The notes: generated by a model from the sequence alone, not told the origin. DNA of 63,054 nucleotides, filler included, from Gonapodya sp. JEL0774 (GCA_027604505.1; 27 parts of 27 records of this genome joined end to end with filler, not necessarily neighbours in it), one strand, 5' to 3'. Shown: positions 38,408-51,542, numbered from the whole stretch's first letter. Numbers and translations: made by a program.

Positions 38408-40115
38408 GGTGGAGCAGCGAACATTTGTATTTAATATTTATGGTATATGTAATTCTTGAATGTCAGTGGTATTTTCTTTGTGTTTCCGAAGTGCAAATCA
38501 TGACGTCCCGTGTGCTGTTGTTGACGGTAGAGGTTAAACCGGAGGCGCCGGTTGTGAAGTACGACAGACGGTTGTGGTGAGGGTCGTCAGATGAAAGGCG
38601 GACCCGTAAAAGTTCTCGTACATGCTACGCTTGTGAACAGACGCAGAGGTTGAAAGTCATATGAGGTCGGGAGAGACACAGTTTGGACGTTGTTGGCGTT
38701 CATGACGATATATTTGCTTCATCAGAAGTTTCACGCAGGATCAAAAATTCTATGGATGTGAAGGAAATACAGGGGCATTTTGCTTTATGTAACGCTCGCC
38801 CGGGTCGTGCTTGACGTACACGTGATTCATGCCATCGGAGGGAACTACTGTGCCTGAGAGGCAGACAAAGAGAAGTTCTTTCGAACGCTTGACAGACGGA
38901 AATACACTGTTTATGCACCAATTTCGTAAGAAATTTGATCCGTCGATATCGATGGTTGTCGATGTACACCAGTTTCCTCACCGACATGATGATTGGAGAT
39001 TTGATTCTGTGTCGGAAGTGGGGAGTTCGTTGAAAAACAAGAAACTGGCAATATTTCATTCTCAAGCGTTCTCGCCAGATATTTCTGGGCGAAAGCATGA
39101 TTCCTTTGTGATTTCGTCGTCTGCAGTGATCGCATTCATACGACCACCGCCCCAGTCCAAGTCCAGTGATTTCATTCACTTGATCTGCGATTTCCGAACA
39201 AAGTACTTCAGTTGTTATGCTCCCAAATACAGAAGCTACGAGTATGTGCTTGGAGAAGGGATCATTGACGGTATAACACGGGGAAACCATGAAGCAGCCG
39301 AAAGATTGGATTGAGCTGTCCGATGGCGCAAGATCAACTTAGGCGTCAAGAGCAAGCAAAGAAGTTGACGAATCTCAGAACTTTGGGGTGACTGAAGATG
39401 GAAGCGGAGAAACGATCGGGGGGAGAAGAAGGGGAAGAGATACGGAAAACTCCACCCTGGCACTAAAACAGTTCAAGAAGTCGACAAAATGTTGATGCCG
39501 AAAAGAAGGAGTGTTTTTGAAGTGGAGAATCAGAGAATCAGTATTGGGGATGTGGAGACGTACAAAATATCATATAGTGACAAGCATTCTTGTGTCGACC
39601 GGATTGGAATCGGTCACAACCGAGTCTCCTCCACCACAGCTCACCAATTCTACCAATGGCCACATGCAACACCCACAACACCGCAGACCACTCCACACAC
39701 ACAGACCAGATTGATTCCTTCCTATATTATACAAACTTGCAATCCCCACACGTCCCACCCAGCGAGNNNNNNNNNNNNNNNNNNNNNNNNNNNNNNNNNN
39801 NNNNNNNNNNTTAATTAATTAANNNNNNNNNNNNNNNNNNNNNNNNNNNNNNNNNNNNNNNNNNNNTTTGAGACTATGGTAGCGTATTGATCATTCATAG
39901 AGCTTTTGGCTGTTCGTTGTGATCAACTCTGCTCAGCCTCTTAGTACCATAATATTTTTGGATCTGATTGCATAGCAACGGTTTCTAATTGTCAACCACC
40001 CAGCCTTGGACAACGCTGATCCTGGGCGCACTCTATCAAGTCTTGGCTCTACATATTCTCTCTCAATCCGCCTGTACTTCACCCCATCACTGATTGAAGT
40101 TTCCACCTCACAATC

Positions 40116-41183
40116 ATGCATCATGATTCGGCCTTGCACTCGGTCGATTTCACCACCCTCCCCAACGAAGTTCTTCTCCTTATCGGCGAACACCTTCCTT
40201 TTCGACTCGGCCTGCCAACGGAATCGTTAAACAAACGTCTCGTTGCTGTGTTCCGAACTCCCGACAACATCGCAACGAGAGCTATCGCTCGGTACGCATC
40301 CTGGTCCGACGCACTCGTTTCTGAATGCTACAGGACAGAAACTGATCAACCTTTGGTGATTATGGCGATGCGCGACCGCCTCTCTCGAGACGAGCCGGAC
40401 TTTGACCTGTATACCTTGGGACGAGTAGGACCCAAGGGACCCGCGTGGACACCACTCGAGGCTGCCGCCGTGGCTGGAAACATCGACCTTGTACGACTTC
40501 TTTTAAGCCTTGGGGTTGATGTCTCAGGAGAGGAGAGCTGTAGACCCGGGCTCCCGCTCGCCACGGTGTGTGCGGAGGGAAATGTTCAAATCGCGAAATT
40601 GCTTTTAGAGAACGGCGCAAATGTTGATGCAGGAGGAAATTTTGCACTGTGCCAATCCTGTAAATACGGACATGTGGACGTTGTGAAGTTTCTCTTGTCA
40701 AAGGGGGCTAACGTGGACAATGAGAGCCATGAAGGCCGAACTCCTCTGGAGGAAGCCACTGACAATGGTCATTTGCACGTCGTATCCGTTTTGCTGGATC
40801 ATGGAGCAGATGTTCATGTTGGAGAGGACAGAGCGTTGAGTAGAAGCTCTGAGGCAGGTCACATCGACATTGTGCGCCTCCTTCTCTTTCACGGAGCTAA
40901 TCCTAATGCTGGAAGTCTTCAGATAGCAGCGCTGTTTGGCCACACTGAAGTTGTGTCATTGCTTCTGGATAATGGAGCGGACGTTCATCGCAGAGAAAAT
41001 GCCGCACTGTGGAACGGTGTGCTTTCTGGGGAACGAGACGTTGTCAAGTTGCTGTTGGAGCGAGGAGCTAATGCCGGTGGAGACTCGGTCGGGAGAAGGA
41101 CAGTTTTTGGGTTTGCAGAACACTGGGGCTTGTACACGAAACTGTTAGAACTTGTAGCAGAGCACAGTCGAGTTGGAATATAG
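40116..41183 (+). CDS. F-box-like/ankyrin-repeat protein (complete, intronless)
   Basis: FTTLPNEVLLLIGEHLPFRLGLPTESLNKRLVAVFRTP followed by about 7 ANK repeats. Confidence 0.93.
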   Translation: MHHDSALHSVDFTTLPNEVLLLIGEHLPFRLGLPTESLNKRLVAVFRTPDNIATRAIARYASWSDALVSECYRTETDQPLVIMAMRDRLSRDEPDFDLYTLGRVGPKGPAWTPLEAAAVAGNIDLVRLLLSLGVDVSGEESCRPGLPLATVCAEGNVQIAKLLLENGANVDAGGNFALCQSCKYGHVDVVKFLLSKGANVDNESHEGRTPLEEATDNGHLHVVSVLLDHGADVHVGEDRALSRSSEAGHIDIVRLLLFHGANPNAGSLQIAALFGHTEVVSLLLDNGADVHRRENAALWNGVLSGERDVVKLLLERGANAGGDSVGRRTVFGFAEHWGLYTKLLELVAEHSRVGI

Positions 41184-41484
41184 TGACAGCAGCATCGCCG
41201 AGACATTAAAAACTAACTACAGGAATGGAAGTAGTCAACGCAACGTCAAGTACACCGTTTATTTCATTTTTACCCAGTTTTCGGGATCAACGGACTGTGG
41301 TGCAAAAGTCTAGTGCAAGAGGATCTAACTTATCTATCTATCCTCTGTCCGGAATTTTCGGCGTCGCTCCTATCTCGATTTTCCCTTCATCCTCTGCAGT
41401 CGCCGCTTCCTCAATACTCACGCCATCGTCCTGTCCCTGCCACCGTGTTGGGGTGACTCCTCCCAACCTCAAACACCCGCCCTC

Positions 41485-42097
41485 ATGCCATCCACGCCCT
41501 TCACTCTCACACGACTCCCACCAGAAGTCATTCTCTCTATCGGGGAATTCCTCCCGCTCCGTCTCGGATTGCCGACAGGTTCTTTCAACAAGAATCTGCT
41601 CGCTCTCTTTCGAACTCCTTCCAGCATTGCAGCCAGAGCACTCGCCCACTTCGAATCACCATTGGCCGCCATCATATTCGAGTGCTCGAGATCGGATATC
41701 GGCCAGTCGCAGGTGGTCACAGCCACATACGAGAGAGTGATCTCGGCTGTGCCAGGGTTCCATCTCAACCAATCTGTTCGACGGTGGTGCGGGTACAGCG
41801 ACTTGACCACTCCGCTGCTGGCTGCAATCAAAGCTGGAAACGTAGAGGTTGTGCATTGCCTTCTGAATCTGGGCGCTGGAGTTAATTTTACATGCGTTTC
41901 AATGTTTTCAATTTGTACCCCCCTCATCTTCGCGTGCCGTGATGGAACTGTTGAAACTGTGGAGCTGTTACTGGCCAGAGGTGCAGATGTTAATGTGGAT
42001 GATGGTTTTGCGCTTGCGTACTCCTCAGAGACTGGGAAGATAGACTTTGTGCAGCTTCTACTATCCAACGGAGCCAACCCAAACGCTGGGAAGGGCC
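41485..42097 (+). CDS. F-box-like/ankyrin-repeat protein, tandem paralog (3'-partial)
   Basis: LTRLPPEVILSIGEFLPLRLGLPTGSFNKNLLALFRTP followed by ANK repeats. Confidence 0.92.
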
Positions 42098-42197
42098 NNN
42101 NNNNNNNNNNNNNNNNNNNNNNNNNNNNNNNNNNNNNNNNNTTAATTAATTAANNNNNNNNNNNNNNNNNNNNNNNNNNNNNNNNNNNNNNNNNNNN

Positions 42198-42726
42198 TCA
42201 CCCCGAGATAGACGTGGTGATGCAAGGAACATACAATTGTGTGATGAATCCAGAAAGTCCAGTGAGAACCCGTGAGATACATCGTGACAAGGTCATACAA
42301 TTCGTATCCGATAATTGCCTCCACCATTAGCTCCAGAGCCCCTCTGGTGGTGAAATGAGCAGCAATCTGTTGCAAGATCGAAGCCCCAGACCCCACAATC
42401 GCCGGACGACCGTAGAAAGGTGCGAGCAAGGATTCACGGTCTGCGAAAGCAGGTGGATAAGCCAGAAAAGTGACCGAGAATCCAATGATCGTGGTGAACA
42501 TCGCATTGACGCAGGAGCAAATCTTCTCGGCCATATTGATACGATCTTCTCGTGACACACGTTTTTGCAACCACTCTGAGGACCGGCCAGTGAGCAACGG
42601 TAGCGCTGAGTTCATCCAAACCCATCCGACCACCAGGTGGAGTCCCGCGTAACCAAGCGCCCAGAGAAGACCGCGCGAGAGGATCGGGATCAGAGGAAGC
42701 ATAGCGGGTTCGCTATTCTCAACCAT
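42198..42726 (-). CDS. TLC-domain membrane protein (TMEM56/TLCD-like), 3'-partial
   Basis: TM helices with EKICSCVNA, GYELYDL and FWIHH motifs. Confidence 0.8.
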
Positions 42727-43142
42727 GACTTCTGAAAATGCGTGAGTTCGGCTTGAGGAAACGGGTTCCACAAGGGGAGTGGTGGGGCCGCGGAGATGCT
42801 TGGCCCTGTTGACGACAACCGCGCGGAAACTGTTCACCCGCAGTCCGCCATTCAGCAACATTGTTGTCCTTCGTTTAAACCAACGATGGAAGTTTGCTTC
42901 TGTTTGACTTTTGAACTTGAAGTGCGAAATTTAATTGAATACATTGCTTGGGATACATTGCTTGCGGGACACCAGAGCTACAAACTCACCGAGACGAAGC
43001 TACATATCGGTAACATGGGAGTCAAAAATTCAAATACGCCGTTATGGACCTCCACATGTCCAATTTCACAGTTCATAAAAAGCACGAATCAAACGAAACA
43101 AGATCGCGCGAAGTGCACGGACGTCCGATAGTCCCACCTCCC

Positions 43143-44428
43143 TCACATTCTTCCAGTCACTCCAATCGCAAGTCCGCTCATATCGGACTTGGCCAATATG
43201 CGTTCGAGAACGTCCATACCGCCTCGTGCTCTGAGACTGTTCAGCACATTCGCAGCACTTGCCGCCGGCAGCAAGCTGTCACTTGACAGCAACGGCCACG
43301 ATAAACTACCCCCCGACGGCCCATCCAGTCCAGAGACACTGTTAGTACGACGCCGCTTGTGAGAGGCTCCACTGGGAATGGTGATCGGGGTGGATGATTG
43401 CAAAGGAGGTAAAGATGGCATGGTTTGGGAAGGCCGGATATTTCGTTTCGGCGGAAAAGAGGGCGGATGCTCCTCTCCGGTGAGATTGATAAGAAAGCGA
43501 CGTTCCGTGATCTTTCCTCCCTGTTGACTCCCAGTTGCGTGGACTTCCTGACTCTGTATAGAGCCAAGAATGGCGGGCGGCATCCGTATCGGTGTGGGCC
43601 GATGCACCACAAACCGTGCTTCTTCGTGAAAATGTGACTGGGCTTGATTCTTAGCTTGCGCTTGTACTTGGGCACGGCGAAGTCTTTGGTGGAGAGAAGC
43701 ATCCAAGTCGTCCAAGTACAAGTCCAGGTCTTGCAGTTGTGGGTGAGCGATATGCATCCGCGGAGATGGCGGCACGGATTTCAACCCTAAGCTCCGTGGC
43801 TCGATCTTAATGCCTGCACGATCAGAAGATCCTACGAAGTCATCAAGGTGCGATGTCGTCGGAATGCTCGATTTCCCGGGTTCTAGCTTCACTGAGACAG
43901 TTTCAGCCTCTCCACCATAATCCCGAGCACCGAAAGTTGATTGCAGCCAAGCCATATCCGAATCTATAGGCTCGCCTGTTGAATGGCCATTGAAACCGCT
44001 GCTGTTTGCCCCTTCATTTTCCTCCTGCAAGCGGAGCGCCGCAAGAAGCGCACCGGGTGGCGGGGCAGAGAAGGCGAACTGGCGGAGAGAGGTTGTTGCA
44101 GGAGCTTGGAATGGATGCTGCAGCACATAGTCCATGTGATTGAACACTTCAAAATGAAACGCGGTCATTGAATTGCAACGTACCGATGGATAAGTAGATA
44201 TCACTGGCTCAACCAGGTTAAAGGATGTGAAATCTGTGGACGTTGAGGAGGCTGTTGATGGTGTGTGAAAGAAGCTGCTCGTTATGGGTGGCGAGACAGG
44301 TTGCAGAAATTCGGAAGTGGCCAACAAGACAGGCTGGATGGAAGGCATCGAAGCCGAGTACTGGAACTGTCGTGGTTGCGGTAGAGGAAAGCCCCCATGG
44401 TCCACATTCGATTGAGACGTATGTCCGA
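43143..44428 (-). CDS. Low-complexity hypothetical protein C-terminus (transcription-factor-like)
   Basis: 420-codon Ser/Pro-rich ORF with VKLEP/IKIEP motifs and an NLS-like HKRRR. Confidence 0.55.
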
Positions 44429-44528
44429 NNNNNNNNNNNNNNNNNNNNNNNNNNNNNNNNNNNNNNNNNNNNTTAATTAATTAANNNNNNNNNNNNNNNN
44501 NNNNNNNNNNNNNNNNNNNNNNNNNNNN

Positions 44529-46758
44529 AATTTGCGTACCCAGGCTACGCTCAGGTGTTCGGAACTTGTCGAGGCTCTCACTAATGAAAATGCAAATCCA
44601 CCTCGGACACCTTCATCAGAAGATTTGCTGCTTCAACCGACCCCGACTCGGGCTCACTCACAAGTAAATTCATATTCTGCAATCCGAATGCGCTCTTCTT
44701 CAGCACCGGGAACTCCTCGCCCCGTTCCATCGGAAGGTACCAACTCGACAACTGATGATGAAGGGTTCGTGCGACCCATTAATGTAGAAATGGAAGTTGC
44801 GCTGGAAATTCTCGCAACAGTCAGTCATAGTGAGCGGCTCTCGCACTTAGAGAAGACTTTCTAATACCTTCGCGATAGATGGACCAGAAAGTCCACTCTT
44901 CCTTGGTAATTAGAGCGAGCTTTACACCTATCAAAGGTGTGTCGGTCTCCAAGTCTACTCAACTATGTAATCTCAATTGTGATTGCCACTTGAGGCAACA
45001 GATCTGCGTCGCAATTTTTGGTTTTCTCTATCCCGGATGTTTGATACCGACGGTAATGGAATCTTTAATCGCGTAGAGGTCCAAGCTCTTCTCGACGCTG
45101 TGGGAAGCAACTTACCAGAATCTGTGGTAGAAGAGTTTTGGTCTGACGTCGGCAAATCCTCCGAAGCGAGCGAACTCACTTTTGACGAGCTCTTTGATGC
45201 TATTGAGACTAAAATCACCGGATCCAAACAGCTCGCATTTCGAAGCTCGCGAAAAAAATCGAAACGGGGAACTTCACCATCGCCAAGTGGCAAGACCTCG
45301 CTCTCTTCTTCCATGAACGGAAGTGTCGGTCTTCTGTCTGCTTCAGCTGGTTCTCCATCCAGAACGCCGTCGCCGAGTGTCGTAATGGCAACAGGGGATG
45401 AGTCGGATGAAGAACTTCACGTCGTTACTCTTCATGATTGCCCAAGTGAGCAACATTACAACTTGATTTGTAGCGAGTGATTGGCTTCGACGAGCGTCGT
45501 TTCTATTTGATAGTATGCAGAAAGCCACTCAGTGGGAAACTTTCTTCCGATGAAGATGTACTGGGCCGTAAGTTATAGCTGTTAGCTTCTACCAGTGTGG
45601 CAACCCTTATTTTGACCTTAAATTTGAACCACAGACATCGCAGTTTGTGCGAATAGCGATCTTTCTCAGGTTAACAATTTTGTGATGGGCGGATTCATCA
45701 CTCAGTCTTACGCGGCGAGGGGTTGGTACTCAAAAATTTTCACATATTTGGCTCAAGGAACGTATACAATTGGAGGAAATAGGTGTGGACCGTCGACGTT
45801 GTTCAACTACCGCACCAGCTTTAAACATTCAGTCCACTCTAGCGCCAACATTCTCGTTCAAGATAGAGAAACAGGCACCATCGTAGAAGAAAAGAGTAAG
45901 AAGTGAACTTTGGTGATCTCGTTCGTTTCCTTATTTCAACCCTGATTGCGAATAGTGCCGGTATATATTCGTCTTGGAATACGCCTCCTTTACCAGAGCA
46001 GCACTGCACAAAGACAGGTGGAAACCAACTCCATAAAAAATGTGCTTCGACGAATGTCGGTCCAGCAAGGCATCAAATACGATTCTCCCTCATCAGTAAA
46101 AGACATTCCACGTTTCATCGAGTTTCACAAGCTCAGAACCGATGAAGTGCTGGAGCCATTGGACTCCTTCAAGACCTTCAATGAGGTGAGCTTCTTACAC
46201 CCCCACATTGCGCAATATGAGGTTTTCAAAGGGAGGTGCTCTGCTAGTTCTTTTACAGGAAACTCAAACCAGGTGCACGAAAACTCGTCAGCCCGGATGA
46301 CCCTACAGTTGTTGTGGCCCCAGCGGATGCCCGAACAAACGTGTTCCCCTCTGTTGGTGATGCAACGAGACTGTGGATCAAGGGCAGGAATTTCACATTA
46401 GCGAAAGTTTTGCAAGACGAAAAAATGGCCGAGTATTTTGCTGGTGAGTTATTGTGGCTCGTTTTCTTTGCTACCATCCGTTCTCAGTTTGCTGAAATAT
46501 CGCTCACAGGCGGCTCGGTATTGGTCTCGAGGTTAGCTCCGCAAGACTACCATCGTTTCCACTTTCCTGTCGATGGAGTTGTTGGCAAAACAGTGGAGGT
46601 CTCCGGAGCATATTTCACAGTGAACCCAATGGCTATCCGGTCTGCGGTCGACGTGAGAGCACTTGTGTTCCCTGGATTCGATTTCCTTCTGATCCTTTCC
46701 TGCATAGGTTTACGGGGAGAACAAACGTACGGTTACCTATATCCAATCTGATCAATTT
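44529..46758 (+). CDS. PSD2: Phosphatidylserine decarboxylase, Psd2-type (C2/EF-hand), partial, multi-exon
   Basis: EF-hand FDTDGNG, VQDRETG.IVEEK, PVYIRLGIRLLY, QGIKYDSP.S, FKTFNEFFYRKLKPGAR, PADAR, RLAPQDYHRFHFPVDG, YGENKR. Confidence 0.96.
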
Positions 46759-46858
46759 NNNNNNNNNNNNNNNNNNNNNNNNNNNNNNNNNNNNNNNNNN
46801 NNTTAATTAATTAANNNNNNNNNNNNNNNNNNNNNNNNNNNNNNNNNNNNNNNNNNNN

Positions 46859-49088
46859 TGCGAAGATTCCTTCTCAGAAATCTCTTCGGCTCCAGCGACT
46901 GGAATGCCAAGTGCTTTCGCTATCGATATTGATTGCGCGTAAATACTGTTTAAAAGAAGTGGATTTTGTCGTTGAGCATTTCGTCGGAAGCTTGGATAGT
47001 GTATAACTGGAGCAAACGACGCGGGGAACGCGAAATACAGATCCAGAAGGTCGTACCTGCATGTAACAGTCAAAGATATTGCTTTGTGATTAGGAAACAT
47101 AAAAGTGTCTACAACGCACCTGACTTTGATTGGGGACACAAGTCTGTCCATGAGAGCGAGGTTCCCATCAGTTGGATTCACTCGAGCACCCTCAAAAAAT
47201 TCTTCGGATGATGTGTCTAAAGGATCCGGTAGATTACCACTCTGAAGATGTTCGGTTTTCGTTTCTGAGACCCCCAATTGCTTCGTCCAGTCCTGTTGAT
47301 CGTTAGACAAGCCGCGCCAATCTCTGGACGCCATAGCGGGGGCTAATCCAGAACCTGTCGCCAAAGGAGACGGCATCCGACCAATATCGTCCAATCCCAT
47401 CGGTGCAAGCAAATCCGCATCAAAATCAAGGTGACTGGACGGCAAGCCTGACGCTCCGGATGGTCGCGAGTTGGAGAAACCTGCACCCGTACCCGGGGAT
47501 GAAGGTGGCTCTGCAATGATCGGCAAAGTTGAATCGAGTCCCAAGGGGTGCTGATGAGCCACGTGAGAATCATTACGGATGGAGAAGGGAGCAAAGGCGA
47601 GACTAGGCTCCGTCATGCGACGTCGCTTTGCACCTGAACGGCTCGCATCAGCGCCCGGTGTATTCTGATGAGAAGAGATTGGCAGAGAATCTGGACCATC
47701 ACCACCAAAAGCCGGTGAGGCATTCCGAAAAGCGACATGCGGTCGCTCTGCGCCGGATGCTGAGGACGGCATGGCGTTTCGAAATCCGAATTGCTGTCCT
47801 TCCGCATCGGTTTGCAGGGCATGCTCGCCGAGCAATGATTGCAAGGAGAGGGGCAGTCCACTTAAGGTTCGTATTCCAGATCCTTGTGGGGATGGAGCAA
47901 ACGGAGAATCTGCGAATGCATCCATATAGTTGTTAAGTGTGCCCGCGGCAGAATTACTCCGGGTACGAGAATTAGGCACAATGTGCTGTGGTTTAGGAAG
48001 GGAAATATTTTGGTATGAAAATGGCTTTTGTGCTTTTCGTGAAACAAACGACAACTGGTGAGTAACCAGGAACAAGAGCGATTGTGAGAAACCATATCAG
48101 CTCCGCTTACCAAATGCCTTGTAATCGAACGGTGCATAGCCAATCCCATCAACCGCGGCTTTGTGTGCCAATTTCGTACCCACACCACCCGTGCTCGTGC
48201 TCCTCTTCAATCCTCCACTCGCAGCTCCTATAACATGTTTCGAGGATCCACCCCCACCTCCCGACAACGGCATTGTACCTACAACACCACCAGGGCTGGC
48301 AAACGGAGATCCTCCCAGTAGGGCTTCCACTTCGGCAGCGCTCACTCTTGGGGGTTCACCTGTTAGGTCCGCATCAACTCCATGGCTAGGGAACCCAAAC
48401 CCAAATACATCATCTTCGGGGTGCATGGCCACGTCCGCCGATGCAGAAGGCGTCGCCGTCGACCCCGCGTACGACGCGAGATCAAAAGCGAAACCTGCCG
48501 GAAGCGCATTTTGCGCATGATTGTTCGTTTCAGTCACACCATGGCCTCCGCCTTCAATGCTGAGGCCCTTTGGCAACTCCAGTGCCAAATCGTCCGGAAA
48601 CATCCCACCAGACCCCATCCCTGTGCCTTCCAAATCATCTACAGGGTCATAGTCCGATTCTCCGGCGATTGAACCTCCACCAGAATCCGAGGCTGTATGG
48701 AACGGATCTACAAACGGACCAACTTCGTGCTGCCGGTGGGTCTCATAAGGAGTTTCTGGAGGCGTTCCAGTAGCTGAAAAGGGTAAGGCGGTTGAACTCC
48801 GTCTGCGCTGTGATGTTTCAACCTTGGCAGAAGGTCGCTCTTCGTAATCCAAGTCCGGTGACCGTCGTTTCCGGGATGATTTATTGGAGTGCGGGAATGG
48901 ACCGGCCGTGGACGATCTTCGAGGGCCTCGTCCACTTCCCGATGGAGCGGATGCGGCGGCGGCCGCTGCCGCGGCTGATTCCTGTCTCGCATCGTTCAAC
49001 ATATTACGGATCGATGCCACACTCGGGTCATCCAGTAGTTGCTTCAGACCGACTCCTTTGGCAGACAGCACTCCCTCGATTTGGCTCA
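46859..49088 (-). CDS. Fungal-specific transcription factor (long disordered linker + start of Fungal_trans domain), partial
   Basis: LLDLYFAFPASFAPVIHYPSF......PLLLNSIYA is the typical start of the middle-homology region. The 48097-49071 ORF can plausibly splice into the 46859-48075 frame. Confidence 0.7.
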
Positions 49089-49251
49089 NNNNNNNNNNNN
49101 NNNNNNNNNNNNNNNNNNNNNNNNNNNNNNNNTTAATTAATTAANNNNNNNNNNNNNNNNNNNNNNNNNNNNNNNNNNNNNNNNNNNNATGATCTCTGCT
49201 TTCCCCTCCAAAGTATCTCCGCGAAAGTTTCCCGTCGCGATCGCTTCGAAG

Positions 49252-49755
49252 ATGTCTTCAAATTCATCGAACTTTCGATCTCTTTCATCGAAAACCTTGG
49301 CCAAGATCGCTGTTAATCCGAGTACTGCGAGCCCGAAGCACCAAGGTTCCGTCCCCGGAACTTCAAATCCATTCTCCATCCTCAAAGACGGTTCCGTTGC
49401 TGTCTCGTGTCATGTCAAGCCGGGTGCGAAGCGATCAGCAGTCCTTGCCGTCACGGAAGCTGTTGAGTGTTCCGTGAGTTGCGAGATCGATTTGAACTCC
49501 ACTGTTTGCCCTTTCATTTCTCCGTATATTGGCCGTCATCTCACAGCTTCTCTCCTGTCTTTTTCAAAGCTTGCCGCCCCTCCACGCGACGGAGAAGCCA
49601 ACGACGAGCTCCTGTCGCTTCTGGCAGTGACCCTGGCGACAAAGAAGCACACACTTTCACTCATCAGTGGTCCTAAATCGAGAAGTAAAGTCGTTCGAGT
49701 GGATGGGATGTCAGTGGTGGAAGTAGAGAAGCTCATTATAACAGCGATTGAGTAG
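49252..49755 (+). CDS. UPF0235/DUF167 (YggU-like) protein, one intron ~49474-49569
   Basis: HVKPGAKRS, AAPPRDGEANDEL and G.KSRSKVV motifs. Confidence 0.92.
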   Translation: MSSNSSNFRSLSSKTLAKIAVNPSTASPKHQGSVPGTSNPFSILKDGSVAVSCHVKPGAKRSAVLAVTEAVECSVSCEIDLNSTVCPFISPYIGRHLTASLLSFSKLAAPPRDGEANDELLSLLAVTLATKKHTLSLISGPKSRSKVVRVDGMSVVEVEKLIITAIE

Positions 49756-50779
49756 TGGTCTCTGTGGCGAGCTGGTGAGTCACGTCGAGAAGTTGGATCG
49801 ATAGAAAGACTTGAACGAGCAATCTCGCTTGGACAGCATTCTCCAAATGGTGATAAACCAGCATGATCCCACCCATCAGAAGACTCAGTTCGTCAAATTG
49901 CAGCAATGCTGAGGCTCCTTGAAGGTACTGGTGGAAATGGTAGCGGGCCGACAGAATCAGGGTCGGGGGACAACGCAACACACTATGGGATACGACTGAG
50001 CAACGGACGTAGTGACGTTGCAAAGAATGCGGGAGGCTTTGAGCCCCCTCCTCATGCGTGCAGAAATGTCGTGTGATCGCAGTGAAGACCTCTTTTCTGA
50101 AATTGGTGGTCGTCGACGTCCTCAATGCTACTCACCTAGAGAAAGGCCCCACTTATTTTTGCATTTCATGGAGTGCAGTACGTGGGGAAAGACCCTCCTG
50201 TTGGACTCAAACAACTTTCATGCGCAATTTCGAGCAGAATGAGTGGTGTTGAATTGTACACACATGTAAACCAAGTCAGCGAAACAGCTGTGTCACAATA
50301 AAATGTGGGGCGGTTGTACACCTTCACTGCTCCATCTGGAGCGGTGACACTGCCAACCTCTGATCGCGATCAGATGGGAATGGAATCCATGTCCGATCTT
50401 TTGAGCTTTTCCAAAGATACTTGTAGATCACACTCGTGCTATCACTTCACTGGATTTACATTGAATTGTCCGCGAAGGAGCGGCGGAATCTGGAAGTGGT
50501 CCAGCACGCAGTGTACTGTAATCCACGAGACAAATGACGGGGAATGAAGAGTGGGCAGGCGATGAGAAGGAGGGGAGATACCAAAGCCACTATGCTGCGA
50601 TATTGAGGAGTGGCACTGAAGCTGCGCCTTTCTGCGATTACCGGATCCAGCAACATTGTGACGTGTACTCCATTCCTCATTCCTCACGAAGCTTTCCTTG
50701 CTAGATCCTTGTGCATTGTCATTAATGTCGAAAAGGTCCCGCGATCTCGCTTGGTGATTGGTCAAATCTCCCACCGTGC

Positions 50780-51417
50780 TCAGCCTGCTAACCACTCCTC
50801 CACCTCCCGTTCCGAACCAAACTTCAATTCCTGGTTCTGAACAGCCATTCCACCCAAATCACCATCTCCAACCTTGCTCACTCCTCGCGGTCCCCACTCA
50901 ACACCCTTCACCCGCCCCGCATTCTTCCTCAACCTCGCGACGTGTGCACAGGGCCCGTTGAACCACACGATGGCGTGAGCGAGTGTGCCTGGGGAGGACA
51001 ACTTCAAGTCGCAGAGAACGGTTGGAGGGCAGGATCCGAGAGAGCTTGTGGGGTGGAAGGGGCTTGCGGGGGGCAGGACGGTTGTGGGAAGGTGGAGGAG
51101 CAGGCGGGTTGGTGGGATGGAGATGTGGAAGGGTGGAGGGGCGGTGCCTAGGGATGAAAATAGAGTTCGTGGTGAGTTTGTGTGCGTTTGTCGTGGTGTA
51201 GTGTACGGCAGCGTACCCTTTGATTCGACACTCGACCAAATCCTCTTGGTGACGTCCATAAGCTCCCCATCCTCGCGACCATCGCTCTCCGCTATGCCTC
51301 TCCTCACAAGTATCACGTCCACAACTCTTCCCCACACGGCGCCTCTTGCAAATCTACCCACCACTTTCACATCCCATGCAACCTCACCAGAGTTTGGTGT
51401 GGCTTGAGATGTGAGGC
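50780..51417 (-). CDS. DNA polymerase X-family-like palm/thumb C-terminus, non-canonical active site (5'-partial)
   Basis: VVGRFARGAVWGRVVDVIL corresponds to GSFRRG....GDxD, LCDLKL to RxDIR, AIVWFNGP..HVARLR..A to ALLYFTGS..FN..MR, and SEREV to SEKDIF. Confidence 0.65.
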
Positions 51418-51542
51418 NNNNNNNNNNNNNNNNNNNNNNNNNNNNNNNNNNNNNNNNNNNNTTAATTAATTAANNNNNNNNNNNNNNNNNNNNNNNNNNN
51501 NNNNNNNNNNNNNNNNNAGGCGATTGAATTTCACCTAGTTGA

